Source of the DNA: a virus
Length of the DNA stretch: 64,000 bases
IMG/VR virus record: IMGVR_UViG_3300046463_000247
Span: 34,046 to 98,045 of that record
Direction: 5' to 3' (one strand)
Every line of letters begins with the position of its first letter. The first letter of the stretch is position 1. The position numbers and the translations under genes are program-made. Below are positions 37,662 through 46,829 of the stretch, piece after piece. The notes beneath the pieces were generated by a model, which did not search any database, was not told the origin of the DNA, and saw nothing but the letters and a program-made list of their open reading frames with translations.

Positions 37662-37949
37662 TCAGTACGGGGGCTGTAGCTGTTCGGGCGTCAGGTCTTC
37701 GTGGCCGGATGCGGGCTCGAACTCGGGCTTTACCGCGTCGGTCAGCTTCTTCCAGTAGGGCGTCCAGTTGCCGACCCGTCCGGTCCGCGAGTTGTCCCAG
37801 TCGCCACCGGGATTCTGCACTGGCTTGCCCTTGGCGGTCTGCACGCCGATGTACTGCCACACCTCTCCCAGCGGGCTCAGGCCGTACACCACGTCCTCGC
37901 CGTTGTCGTTGGTGGATGCGGTGATCTGCGAAAAACGGATGCCTGCCAT
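37662..37949 (-). CDS. Hypothetical protein
   Basis: 95 aa ORF after the ligase. Confidence 0.55.
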   Translation of the reverse strand: MAGIRFSQITASTNDNGEDVVYGLSPLGEVWQYIGVQTAKGKPVQNPGGDWDNSRTGRVGNWTPYWKKLTDAVKPEFEPASGHEDLTPEQLQPPY

Positions 37950-37952
37950 GCT

Positions 37953-38870
37953 TTAGCCCTCACTCATATCAAAACGTTCACGGAACATCTGGTGCGTCGG
38001 GAAACGCGGCTTGTCTTTCACGCCGACCGGGAAGTGGCGGAACTTGCTGATGCGGCCCAGCAGCTTCTGCGGGTTCTGGAACAGGTCGGTTGCCTCGGCC
38101 ACCGTCATGCGGCCCGGGCTGATCGTCACGACCTGATCCTTGAAGATGCCCGTCAGCACGCGGCCCGTCAGCGAACCAATCTGGCCGTTGGGCACCTGGT
38201 TGGCCTTGTGGCTGCTGCGCTCGGTGTGGCCCAGTTCGTTGGTCTTCGCCTCGTTCAGGTTCTTGCGGCCTTCCTCGAACCCGATGATCTCGGCCTCGTC
38301 GTCCGCGAAGGTCTTGATCCGCAGCACCTCGCACTTGGTCAGCGTCGAGCGGCCATGCTTGTAGAACGAATCCGGGCGACGCACGATGCTGCCCTCGTAG
38401 CCCACCTCCAGGTGCACCTTGTCCTGCTCTAGCACCTGTTCGAGGTTTTCCACGATGCCAAAGGGCATCGGCACCAATGCGAGGTCCCCCAGCCCGTTTA
38501 GACGGTTCAGCAGCGCTTCATACCGCGCCTCATAGCACAGGCCCATCGTCGCGGCGGTCAGGTAGTCGAACACGTACCATGTCAGCACGGGTGAACCCTC
38601 CTGCGTGCTCAGCGCGCTCGTCGTCGCACGGCACAGGTCTGTCGCCTGCGGGTTCGCACCGACGATCATTTCACCGTCCAGGCCGTGGTAGTCCGCCCCG
38701 CCGAAGCGCTTCTGCACGTACAGGTTGCCGGGCTTCTTCAGCGAGCGGCCCACCGCCACGCCGTCACGGTTGAGCGTGCGCACGCCGTCGATCTTGGGCT
38801 GCTGCCATGCGGGAAACTGGAGTTTTTCGAGCACCGCGTCTTCGGCGAGCATAGGCTTGAAGCTGGTCAT
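37953..38870 (-). CDS. ATP-dependent DNA ligase (minimal type)
   Basis: KPMLA, KIDGVR (motif I), LDGE, VFD, YEG, RIK, PRFP. Confidence 0.92.
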   Translation of the reverse strand: MTSFKPMLAEDAVLEKLQFPAWQQPKIDGVRTLNRDGVAVGRSLKKPGNLYVQKRFGGADYHGLDGEMIVGANPQATDLCRATTSALSTQEGSPVLTWYVFDYLTAATMGLCYEARYEALLNRLNGLGDLALVPMPFGIVENLEQVLEQDKVHLEVGYEGSIVRRPDSFYKHGRSTLTKCEVLRIKTFADDEAEIIGFEEGRKNLNEAKTNELGHTERSSHKANQVPNGQIGSLTGRVLTGIFKDQVVTISPGRMTVAEATDLFQNPQKLLGRISKFRHFPVGVKDKPRFPTHQMFRERFDMSEG

Positions 38871-38898
38871 GCTGAGGTCCTTTCTGGTTGGTATCGGG

Positions 38899-39228
38899 TC
38901 AGGCGTTTGCAATCAATTGCAGCCCGCACTCGGGCGCGTCGAGCCGCCGTGCGTTGTGCTGGTAGCAGTCGTAGGTCCAGCCGGTCAGCCAGCCCCGGCC
39001 CACCGTCAGCCGGTATTCGCGGGCCACCGCGACGTAAGGCGGGTCGTTCTCATAGTCGTGGCTCGGCACCGCCACCGGGCGCTCCAGGCCGTGCGCGATC
39101 AGCACCTCGTCGTCGGCGCGCATGGTGCGCAGCAGCCCCAGTGCGACACACACGTGCAGCTTGATCCGGTAGAAGCGGGAAACGGCCTGCTGGTGCCCTT
39201 GCGTGAGCAGCATCTTTTCGATTGTCAT
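38899..39228 (-). CDS. Hypothetical protein
   Basis: ORF in the operon upstream of the ligase. Confidence 0.5.
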   Translation of the reverse strand: MTIEKMLLTQGHQQAVSRFYRIKLHVCVALGLLRTMRADDEVLIAHGLERPVAVPSHDYENDPPYVAVAREYRLTVGRGWLTGWTYDCYQHNARRLDAPECGLQLIANA

Positions 39229-39242
39229 GGTTGGTCCCTCGA

Positions 39243-39509
39243 TTATCGGTAAAACGACGACCGGACTGCGCGATGGTCGCCCTGCCACTTCTGGCGTACG
39301 GGTGAAATGATGCGGGTGCCGACGATGATGAAGCCGTTGCGCCGCGCCGTGTCCACGATGTCGGCGAGCATCCAGCCCTGCCGCTGCATGGCCTCGGTCA
39401 GCAGCCGGTTGCGCTCGCGCTCGGTGAGCCCGCGCCGGTTATGCGGGGCGTCGCGGTCGGCGAGCAGCAGGTCCAGTTCATCCATGAAGCGTTGCTGTAC
39501 GGAACTCAT
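39243..39509 (-). CDS. Hypothetical protein
   Basis: 88 aa with SD. Confidence 0.5.
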   Translation of the reverse strand: MSSVQQRFMDELDLLLADRDAPHNRRGLTERERNRLLTEAMQRQGWMLADIVDTARRNGFIIVGTRIISPVRQKWQGDHRAVRSSFYR

Positions 39510-39552
39510 GTCGGTCTCCCGAAAGAGGCCCGGGCGGTGCCGGGCAGCGGGC

Positions 39553-39975
39553 TCAGGCGAGGGCTTTCTTCAGCGCTTCGGCGCGGTCAGCCTGGTAGAC
39601 CCAGAACACGTCCATGCCGCCGACCGTGATCCAGATTTTCTTGCCATCGACGCGCTCGCCGACTTCGCCGGTCACGTTCAGGGTGTCGATGTAGCGCTTG
39701 GCGCGGGTGACCCAGCCGCCTGCATCCACCGCGTGCTTGCGGCCTGCCTGCGGCGCGGGGGGCGTCAGGTCCAGCACCGTGACGAAGACCTTCTTGCCCT
39801 CGCCCTTCACGCGGGACGTGATGTGGAACTTCGCACCGGCTTCCAGCGCGCCGATCTCTTCGAGCGCGACGGAGAAGCGTTGCTTGCGGATCACCGGTTT
39901 CACCAGAGCCTTGAGGTCTTCGAGGCTGGCAACCGTGTGCAGTTCGTTGGCGATGGTAACTTGGAAGGCTTTCAT
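39553..39975 (-). CDS. Hypothetical protein
   Basis: First gene after the promoter at 40037-40064, with hairpin SD. Confidence 0.6.
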   Translation of the reverse strand: MKAFQVTIANELHTVASLEDLKALVKPVIRKQRFSVALEEIGALEAGAKFHITSRVKGEGKKVFVTVLDLTPPAPQAGRKHAVDAGGWVTRAKRYIDTLNVTGEVGERVDGKKIWITVGGMDVFWVYQADRAEALKKALA

Positions 39976-40164
39976 GTTCGTCACTCCTTGACGGGTTAGA
40001 AGGCGGTGTTTGTGTTCAGCAATCACCGTAAGAATGATTCTACCCCAACCCTGCGGATAGTCAAACACTCTTTGCAATTGATTGCAAACTCTTTTGTAAC
40101 AGCGGCGGATGTGAAAACGGGGACCGAAGCCCCCGTCTGTCCTGCTTCTGCCTGTGGGTCGGTG

Positions 40165-40512
40165 TCAGTGCACCGGCCTCGTCTGTGTCGCGGTGGTCCC
40201 CGGGATCACGTTTTCACCCGGGTACGGGACGGGCAAATCGTCCTGTATCGGGTGCCCTGCTACAGCGGACAACTGAAACGACCGCTGCCGTGCCCCGCTG
40301 TACTGCAACGGGGTCATTTCTGCCATCACCACCAGCATCGTCATGCACCAGTTCTGGAGCGCGTCCAGGTCGTCCTCGCTGACCGCGCCATCGCGGATCG
40401 CATTGAAGGTGCGGTTGATGTTGGGGCGGTATTCCTGCTCGACCGCATTCGCGAAGTCGAAGTTCTTGATCTTCAGCAGCTTCTCACGCACGTCCACGGG
40501 CTTACGCGCCAT
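40165..40512 (-). CDS. Hypothetical protein
   Basis: GGAG SD, start MARKPVDV. Confidence 0.5.
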   Translation of the reverse strand: MARKPVDVREKLLKIKNFDFANAVEQEYRPNINRTFNAIRDGAVSEDDLDALQNWCMTMLVVMAEMTPLQYSGARQRSFQLSAVAGHPIQDDLPVPYPGENVIPGTTATQTRPVH

Positions 40513-40774
40513 GATCTTCTCCGACCGTCGCGGGCGACACGACCTCCAGTTCATAGCGGCGCACCTTCGCGCCACCCTCGACATCGACCCAGCCGTAGAA
40601 CTCGGCGTTCGGGCGCGTGTAGATCGTCGGGGGCCACACGCCATCGAGCGGCACGTACAGCACCACGTCCGCGCCGTCTTCCTCGCGTTTCGCGTGACCG
40701 ATGATCTCGTAGGTGGTGCCCTTATAGTGCCGGGCGCGGAGGGACGGGTGATTCGTGGAATTGATCAGCAGCAT
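40502..40774 (-). CDS. DUF1653-family protein
   Basis: RHYKG..YEIIG.A...VVLY......YTRP..EF motif. Confidence 0.7.
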   Translation of the reverse strand: MLLINSTNHPSLRARHYKGTTYEIIGHAKREEDGADVVLYVPLDGVWPPTIYTRPNAEFYGWVDVEGGAKVRRYELEVVSPATVGEDHGA

Positions 40775-41204
40775 AGTCAGCGCGCAATTGTTCGACCGCA
40801 TGGATGCAGTCGTGGATTATCTCTACGCGAGCCACTGGAGTTTCGGCGCACACATAGCGGACCAGTCCGTCGAAGAACGTCCGTGCAGCCTCAACGGGTT
40901 CGGCGTCGCGGTAGGCCCAGAGGCTTTCCAGTACGACTTCCAGCGCCGAACCCGTGAGGGTCACGAACGGCACAAGTCCGATGTTCGAAGTTTCATCGGT
41001 CATGTACCAGACCGCCTTGCCCAGGTCCTTGTAGGCGGTGCCCTTCTCGTCGCGTCGGGTGACGTACTTGAAGGCATCGGCCATGTTCGACCCAAGCATG
41101 CGCTTGACTACAATGCACTCTACCCCAGACGGGTGACGGTTATAGTGCGCGGCGTGATTGATCCCTTCCGGGTCGATCATCATTCCTGTGGTGCTGTGGT
41201 CCAT
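40722..41204 (-). CDS. DUF3310 (SaV / T7 gp1.7-like) domain protein
   Basis: INH..HY...SGVECI...AFKYV.R...KG...KDL.KA.WY motif. Confidence 0.7.
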   Translation of the reverse strand: MDHSTTGMMIDPEGINHAAHYNRHPSGVECIVVKRMLGSNMADAFKYVTRRDEKGTAYKDLGKAVWYMTDETSNIGLVPFVTLTGSALEVVLESLWAYRDAEPVEAARTFFDGLVRYVCAETPVARVEIIHDCIHAVEQLRADYAADQFHESPVPPRPAL

Positions 41205-41812
41205 ACTCTGCACTCGTTTGCACAACCGTCGTCCGTCCATAGCCTGCTTCAGACTCCCGGCAACCTGGAAGCCATCACGTCGCGGCAAGCCAGCGCTACG
41301 TGTCGGTGCCCTGCATGCGTGCTACCCGTGAAGGTGCGCGCTCTCTTTGATTCGGTGATTCCTTCCGGCAGCGCTGCGCGGGCGACATCCTTCGCCACGG
41401 TCAGGTCGTGCGCCTTCAGGTCATAGACATGGATGGGCGGTTTCGGTTGAAATGGTTTTCCGCCCAATCTCGCAGCGACGGCACGCGTCACATTGAAACC
41501 GCCCATCCTTGCCCACGCCCGCCTTACGTTCCCTGCACCCGCAGCCGGGGTCTGCGCTGTGGAACACGCAGTAATTACCGGATTTGTGTGGGGCACCAGA
41601 CGGACTCGCATTTATTTCCAACCTTTCTAATCTGACGGCGATTATACAAGTCGCTAACGTTTCCGCAACAGATTTCGTAACATCTTATGCAACGGATTTG
41701 CTTGACGGCAGACGCTTAATTGTTGTAGTCAGGCCGACTATCGCGCCAGTTGTAACGGTGCCGATGCGGCTCGCATATTACGCAGACGAATTTTGCAATT
41801 GATTGCAAAGAT

Positions 41813-41995
41813 TCATAGCCAGTATGTGTATTTTCCGGGCTGCGAGTTCCACGAATGGATCAACCGGTGTGCGGACAGCAGCGGCATACCCCACTCGTCA
41901 AAGCGGTGGCCCGCTGCCTTGAAGTCCGCCTGCGTGAAGGGCACCACGACCGTCTCCAGTGTGGCATTGTCGCGTCGCTTGTAGACTGAAATCAT
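41813..41995 (-). CDS. Hypothetical protein (60 aa)
   Basis: Downstream of the promoter at 42017-42045. Confidence 0.5.
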   Translation of the reverse strand: MISVYKRRDNATLETVVVPFTQADFKAAGHRFDEWGMPLLSAHRLIHSWNSQPGKYTYWL

Positions 41996-42046
41996 CGTAT
42001 TCCCCGGTTCAACCGCAGAATACGGCGAGCCGGGGCACCTAACAAG

Positions 42047-42790
42047 TCACTCCACGTCGATCACGTCGTCCAGCGTGCCTTCCTTCTTGCCGCCCTTGAA
42101 GGTCAGCACCGGCATCTTGCCCTGGAGCGCGTTCAGTCCGACCTGCTGTACCGCGTGCGTCGCGTACGCGTTGATCTCGACCTTGGCGTGCTGCACGACC
42201 GTCTCCATGTACTCGCCGAACTGCTGCGCGACGAATTCGACGTTCGGCTTGACGTTGCGCGACGCGGTGGCGACCTTATCCAGCAGTTCCTTCTTCGCCT
42301 TGACCGACAGGTTCAGCCCTTCAATCGCCTCGCGCAGTTCGGCCAGCGCTTCCATCGAGCGCTCCATCCGCTCGGTCGCCTCGCCACCAAACTGCTCGGT
42401 GCGGCTCTTCGGGTCCGGCAGGCGCGGCGTGTGCTCGCCCTTGACGTGACACAGCGTGCACGGCACGCCGAAGCCGATGTTGAAGCTCGACACGAAGGTC
42501 GCCCACTGCGCCTCCGACATATCGACCTCGATCAGTTCGTTGCCGCCGTGATACCAGTCGTTTGCGAGTTCACGGGTCAGGCTGGAGCGGCGCACGGTGA
42601 GCCGGATAAACTGGTTGTGCTGGAAGTCGCTGCCGTACAGAATCTTTCCGCCGCTCACGCGAGACACGCCGATCATCGCGTAGGCCGGGTGGTGGTACGT
42701 CTTGCCCCCTTTCTTTCCGGCCAGCCCCTCGTCCGTCTCGGTCGGCTCTACCACCTGGCTCCAGATGGGTTTCTCTTTGTCGCTGCTCAT
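42047..42790 (-). CDS. Hypothetical phage protein (~247 aa)
   Basis: Start MSSDKEK with AAGGA SD after the promoter at 42823-42850. Confidence 0.65.
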   Translation of the reverse strand: MSSDKEKPIWSQVVEPTETDEGLAGKKGGKTYHHPAYAMIGVSRVSGGKILYGSDFQHNQFIRLTVRRSSLTRELANDWYHGGNELIEVDMSEAQWATFVSSFNIGFGVPCTLCHVKGEHTPRLPDPKSRTEQFGGEATERMERSMEALAELREAIEGLNLSVKAKKELLDKVATASRNVKPNVEFVAQQFGEYMETVVQHAKVEINAYATHAVQQVGLNALQGKMPVLTFKGGKKEGTLDDVIDVE

Positions 42791-42860
42791 GTTCCGGTCC
42801 TTGCTTGGGGATGTACCTGCACAGTATAACCCAGTCATACGGATTGTCAAACACGCGGGC

Positions 42861-42898
42861 AAAAAAAGACCCGAACCACTTCGAATATGGCTCGGGTC
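42861..42898 (-). terminator. Rho-independent terminator
   Basis: GACCCGAGCCA-loop-TGGTTCGGGTC-TTTTTTT on the minus strand. Confidence 0.8.
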
Positions 42899-43056
42899 GA
42901 AAGTCCGGTTGAGGGGTAAATGACAACCGGGGACCACCGGATGCCGCCGCGCGACCATTGTGCGCTTGCAGCAAATTCTGTTCAGTTCAGGGGACGGGTA
43001 CTCCGCATCGGCGATGTCGCCGGAATCAGACCGCACTCCTTGCAGGCCCTGTATGG
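42861..43056 (-). ncRNA. Candidate structured small RNA (~195 nt)
   Basis: Promoter TTTACA-16-TACACT (43062-43089), five consecutive hairpins, intrinsic terminator at 42861-42898, no credible ORF. Confidence 0.55.
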
Positions 43057-43141
43057 GCTACAGTGTAACACAAGCGACCGGGTTGTAAACACGAGGCGTC
43101 CGCCAATCGCCAGCGGGTGTGCGCCAGACCGCATATTGGCC

Positions 43142-43459
43142 CTATCGGACCGGGTTCGGGCGTGCGCTTTTGCAATCAATTGCAAGCCCGGCTTCCGCCG
43201 CGTCTTCCGCCGTCACCACCACCCGCGCCAGCCCCTGCCAGTTCGCCAGCCGCGTATTCAGGTTGCGGGCGGCTTCGACCAGCCGGGGCCGGTGGGTTTC
43301 GATCACGTCGCACTCGGCGGGCGTCGCGTAGTTCAGCAGCGTCGCGAGTACTTCGCGTTCCAGCGCCATGAAATCTACGACGATTACCTGCTGATCGAGC
43401 GTCAGGGACCGGGGCCGCAGGTCTGGTTTCCCTGGCAGGTGAATCGTCAGCTTGCCCAT
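43142..43459 (-). CDS. Hypothetical protein
   Basis: 105 aa with a purine-rich SD. Confidence 0.5.
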   Translation of the reverse strand: MGKLTIHLPGKPDLRPRSLTLDQQVIVVDFMALEREVLATLLNYATPAECDVIETHRPRLVEAARNLNTRLANWQGLARVVVTAEDAAEAGLAIDCKSARPNPVR

Positions 43460-43606
43460 GCAGCCCCTTCCCTTTCGTTCTAAGTGTCCGTTTATAAAGG
43501 ACTTTTACCTTGTTGCAGCACGGTAAGAATCCTATCATCAGCGGAATCACGGTCAAGGGTCGCCGGGAAATTCAGTGTCAGGACTTTGTAACAGGACGTT
43601 GCAGCG

Positions 43607-44095
43607 TCACAGCATCTGGGATTCTGCGGCCAGCTTCGCCGCGCGCTCCCGACCCAGCAGGTTCGCGAACTTCAGCTTTACGGCCAGCGGAATCTCGGGT
43701 AACGGTTGCCACAGCAGGCACTGGTAGTCCCAGTCGTCCGCGCCGACCGGTCGCCATCCCCACACGCGGTGAAACTCCATTTCGCCGACGTGCAGCTTCT
43801 TCGAAAAGTGCGAGTGGTAAATCCCCCACACAGCGACGCCCTTGCGGCGCGGTGAGCCATCGTGCTCGGGCTTCGCGGTCGCGGGGGTGCACCAGTGCCC
43901 GGTCGGCGGCACGGGGGCGCTGCCGGGCTGACTGCCAGTCTGACTGCCGGGCCGGAACAGGTCGGTGATCTGGTAGCCCTGCGCGGTGGCCTGCTGCCGC
44001 TCGGCGTCGGACAGGAACAGGCGGATGTCGGGGACCAGCCCCGGGCCTTCCAGCAGGTAGCCTGCCGGTTTGCTGGTGCGGAGATTAAGCGCCAT
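43607..44095 (-). CDS. Hypothetical protein with a DUF551-like WQPLP domain
   Basis: HVGE..FH...GWRPVG...W....WQPLP. Confidence 0.55.
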   Translation of the reverse strand: MALNLRTSKPAGYLLEGPGLVPDIRLFLSDAERQQATAQGYQITDLFRPGSQTGSQPGSAPVPPTGHWCTPATAKPEHDGSPRRKGVAVWGIYHSHFSKKLHVGEMEFHRVWGWRPVGADDWDYQCLLWQPLPEIPLAVKLKFANLLGRERAAKLAAESQML

Positions 44096-44477
44096 GCGGC
44101 TCCTTCGTCGTGGTGAGGTCGAGCAGGTCGGTCGGGTCGAACACGGGCAGCGGTTGCCAGGCGGTGACGGCCCAGGCCCAGCCCATCACGCCCACGGGTC
44201 GCCAGCCGTTGACCGGGTGATAGACGACCTCGCCCACGTGCACCTGCGCGCCGTCCATGACGGTCGAGCGATAGGCGGCGAGCACGCGCACCGGGTTCAG
44301 GCCATCCGTGTCGGGCAGGCACTCAGCCGGGTTGAGCCAGCCATGGGCGTAGAGCGCCACCACCGGCACGCCGTTCGCACGCGCGTAGCTGCGCGCTTCC
44401 TGGCTCATGTGGGCGGCGTAAATGGGAGCGCCTTCCGGCACGTGAATGCGGAAGGCGTCGGGTGTTCGGTCGATCAT
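44085..44477 (-). CDS. Hypothetical protein with a DUF551-like WQPLP domain (paralogue of 43607..44095)
   Basis: HVGE..YH...GWRPVG...W....WQPLP. Confidence 0.55.
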   Translation of the reverse strand: MIDRTPDAFRIHVPEGAPIYAAHMSQEARSYARANGVPVVALYAHGWLNPAECLPDTDGLNPVRVLAAYRSTVMDGAQVHVGEVVYHPVNGWRPVGVMGWAWAVTAWQPLPVFDPTDLLDLTTTKEPHGA

Positions 44478-44555
44478 GTAGCGAGCCCCTGTCGGTGGCG
44501 TGGCTACCCCTTACCGTTGCGCCCCCGATCACAGGCGGGCGCGGGTCCATATAGT

Positions 44556-45140
44556 TCAGCCAGCGTCTGATGCGCCGGGCATTGATTGCTGCGATTGCTG
44601 CGGGTGCTGCGGTGCTGCCGGGTGTGTCGTGACGGGGACCGCGACCCCCGCCAGTTGTTCGAGTTCGGCGATGCGCTCACGCGCGGCGGACAGTTCGAAC
44701 AGCGCGGACATGATGAACTTGCCGCCCACCTCCTGCGCGATGTCCGCGATCCACGGCTCGCCGTAGCGCAGCACCGGTATGGTGCCATTGGTGCCGAGGA
44801 TCGCCGTGTACTTGCCGTCCACTGTCAGCCGCGAATATTCGGTCACGCCGTCCGGCACGCCGGGTGTCATCGACACAGCAGCGGCGGCGGGGTCGAGGTT
44901 CACTTCCATCGGCTCGTCGTCGGGCGCATCGCTCGCGAGGATCGGCGGCAGTTCGAACACGGCGGCAATCGCACTCAGGCGGCACTGGCCGCTATCCCCG
45001 TCACCCAGTGGTGGCGTGTAGTGGATGCTGCCGTCCGCTGCCTGGTGCGTCACGGTGACGAGTTGCTGGGTCTGCCTGCTCTGGAGCACCGTGCCTTCGG
45101 GCACGCCTGTGCTGCTGGTGAGATCAATTATGTCTGCCAC
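44556..45140 (-). CDS. Hypothetical protein
   Basis: First gene after the promoter at 45165-45192, with hairpin SD. Confidence 0.6.
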   Translation of the reverse strand: MADIIDLTSSTGVPEGTVLQSRQTQQLVTVTHQAADGSIHYTPPLGDGDSGQCRLSAIAAVFELPPILASDAPDDEPMEVNLDPAAAAVSMTPGVPDGVTEYSRLTVDGKYTAILGTNGTIPVLRYGEPWIADIAQEVGGKFIMSALFELSAARERIAELEQLAGVAVPVTTHPAAPQHPQQSQQSMPGASDAG

Positions 45141-45574
45141 GTCGCACTCCTTGCGCTGGGGTAAATTCTACCTGCTGGGTTGGGATTGTCAAATACGATT
45201 CTGCTGCAATTGATTGCAGGCAGCGGGTTCGCTGACGGCGCTCGGAGCGGCCTCCGGCTCCGGCGCTTCGGCCTCGCCCTTCGCGCGTTGCGCGGCCATG
45301 GACGACTGGCTCCACGTATGGTCGTCGGGCAGCGCCGGTTGGCGGGTGGCGGACAGCAGCGTCTTCAGCAGCGTGGCGAGTCGGGTCAGCATCGGTGGTC
45401 TCTCTCAGGTGGTTGTGTGGTCGGGTTTACCCTCTACAGGACTTTCCCGGATTGTGCTTATCGTCTTACTGTGGTAGTGCGTGGCTGTGTCAGGACCCGG
45501 ACCTTACAGATAAATAACGGAGCGGGTGCTAACCAGTTTTATGTCAAATGGTATTGGCGGGTGTTTCCTTACAG

Positions 45575-45997
45575 TCACCCTTCTGTTTGCGGCGGTGCAA
45601 CAGCCGGGTCCGGGCCGTCGTCCGATCCTTTGGCCGCTTGCTTTACCACCGGACTCGTGATAGCGCTGCGCATGTTCTCCTGGTCCCAGCGCCCGCTCGT
45701 CCCCAGTGATGCGATGAACGCCTTCGCCTCGGCGAGCGTGTCGAAGCTGTGCGTCTCGGTGGGCGAGTAGTACTTGAAGCTGATCTCCACCTCGAAGCCG
45801 AAGTCGCCACCGCGCAGCAGATGGTCGTACTTGTCCACGACCGCACGGGCGCGCGAATACTTCTCGTCCAGCCGGGGCACCGCATCGTCCAGCAGCATGC
45901 GGATCACGTCGTGCTTCAGCTTCTCACGGGCCGTGTCGGCGATGCCCTGCTCGGATGTGGACAGGCCCGCGTACCACTCGTTGTAGTCCTGGCTCAT
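45575..45997 (-). CDS. Hypothetical protein
   Basis: GAGG SD, coupled to the upstream gene. Confidence 0.55.
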   Translation of the reverse strand: MSQDYNEWYAGLSTSEQGIADTAREKLKHDVIRMLLDDAVPRLDEKYSRARAVVDKYDHLLRGGDFGFEVEISFKYYSPTETHSFDTLAEAKAFIASLGTSGRWDQENMRSAITSPVVKQAAKGSDDGPDPAVAPPQTEG

Positions 45998-46539
45998 TGC
46001 GGCACCTCGCTCTGGATCGCCTGCTGGTAGTCGGCGCGCTTCAGTTCGGCTTCGAGCACGGCCTTGGCGTCCACGATGATCTGGAACGCCTCCGGGTCCT
46101 GACCCATCCCCTGAAGGATCGCGCCCGTGAGCGCCACCATGTTTTCGAGCGCCTGCCGCTTGGTGGGCAGAACCGCGCTCGGCTGTTTCTTGTCGGTCGT
46201 TACTGGCATGCTGGCCTCCACTGGTACGTTATAACGTTGCGTCCTTGGTGCTGGGCTGTATCGAAGATACTCAGTGCCCTTGCGGTAGAACACCACGCCG
46301 GGTTCACTTCTTACTGCGTCGTCAACCTTCCTGTTGCCAACCTCGCTGAATTCCCTGCGAAACCGGCTCAGAGGCATCCGAAAGCCGTGCGCCTCCAGTG
46401 CGCTCGCCGCTGCTGCCTGCGACGTTGCTGAGATCAGCACCGCTGTGAACCTGCGGGTGCCGTCCTGCGGTAGGTGCAGCATGCCGGAGTACACCATCAG
46501 TTTGTCGGCTGCTTCTGGCACGGTCTGCTCCTTTTGCAA
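45994..46539 (-). CDS. Hypothetical protein (start uncertain)
   Basis: ORF track; coupled to the downstream gene. Confidence 0.45.
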   Translation of the reverse strand: MQKEQTVPEAADKLMVYSGMLHLPQDGTRRFTAVLISATSQAAAASALEAHGFRMPLSRFRREFSEVGNRKVDDAVRSEPGVVFYRKGTEYLRYSPAPRTQRYNVPVEASMPVTTDKKQPSAVLPTKRQALENMVALTGAILQGMGQDPEAFQIIVDAKAVLEAELKRADYQQAIQSEVPQ

Positions 46540-46553
46540 TTGATTGCAGGTGG

Positions 46554-46829
46554 TTAGATGAAGCCCTTGGCGCGAAGGGCACTGACGGCGGTCTGTGCGT
46601 CCCCAGCCCCAAGGTGGATGAAGCCCTGGAACGCGCGGTCGGTGACCAGCACGCCGTCGAACTCGCCCTGGCTGTCGCGGTACACGAAGGTCGCGCTGCG
46701 TCGGATGTAGCTGCCGTCGATCAGGTGCTTTACCACCGCGTCGATGTCGTTCGTGACGCTCACCGCGCCGTTCTGGTCGAGCACGACCACGGTGTCGCCG
46801 ACGCGGGTGATCTGGATCGTCGCTCTCAT
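46554..46829 (-). CDS. Hypothetical protein
   Basis: SVTNDID.VV...VYRDS.G.FDG motif seen in small phage proteins. Confidence 0.55.
   Translation of the reverse strand: MRATIQITRVGDTVVVLDQNGAVSVTNDIDAVVKHLIDGSYIRRSATFVYRDSQGEFDGVLVTDRAFQGFIHLGAGDAQTAVSALRAKGFI

Noticed and set aside
42791-43036. N-terminal extension of ORF 42047..43036
   Set aside because: It runs through a strong terminator and a promoter; the real start is the ATG at 42790 with its own SD.
44096-44108. Further AGGAG SD hairpins (also at 1478, 46528, 61763)
   Set aside because: The closing pair is mismatched or the stem is under 4 bp, so these were not counted in the family.
45514-45547. Additional TTGACA promoter at 45542-45547
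   Set aside because: No acceptable -10 hexamer at 16-18 bp spacing.
41200-45570. tRNA genes in intergenic gaps
   Set aside because: No cloverleaf with T-loop and acceptor stem could be built by eye; tRNAscan-SE would be decisive.
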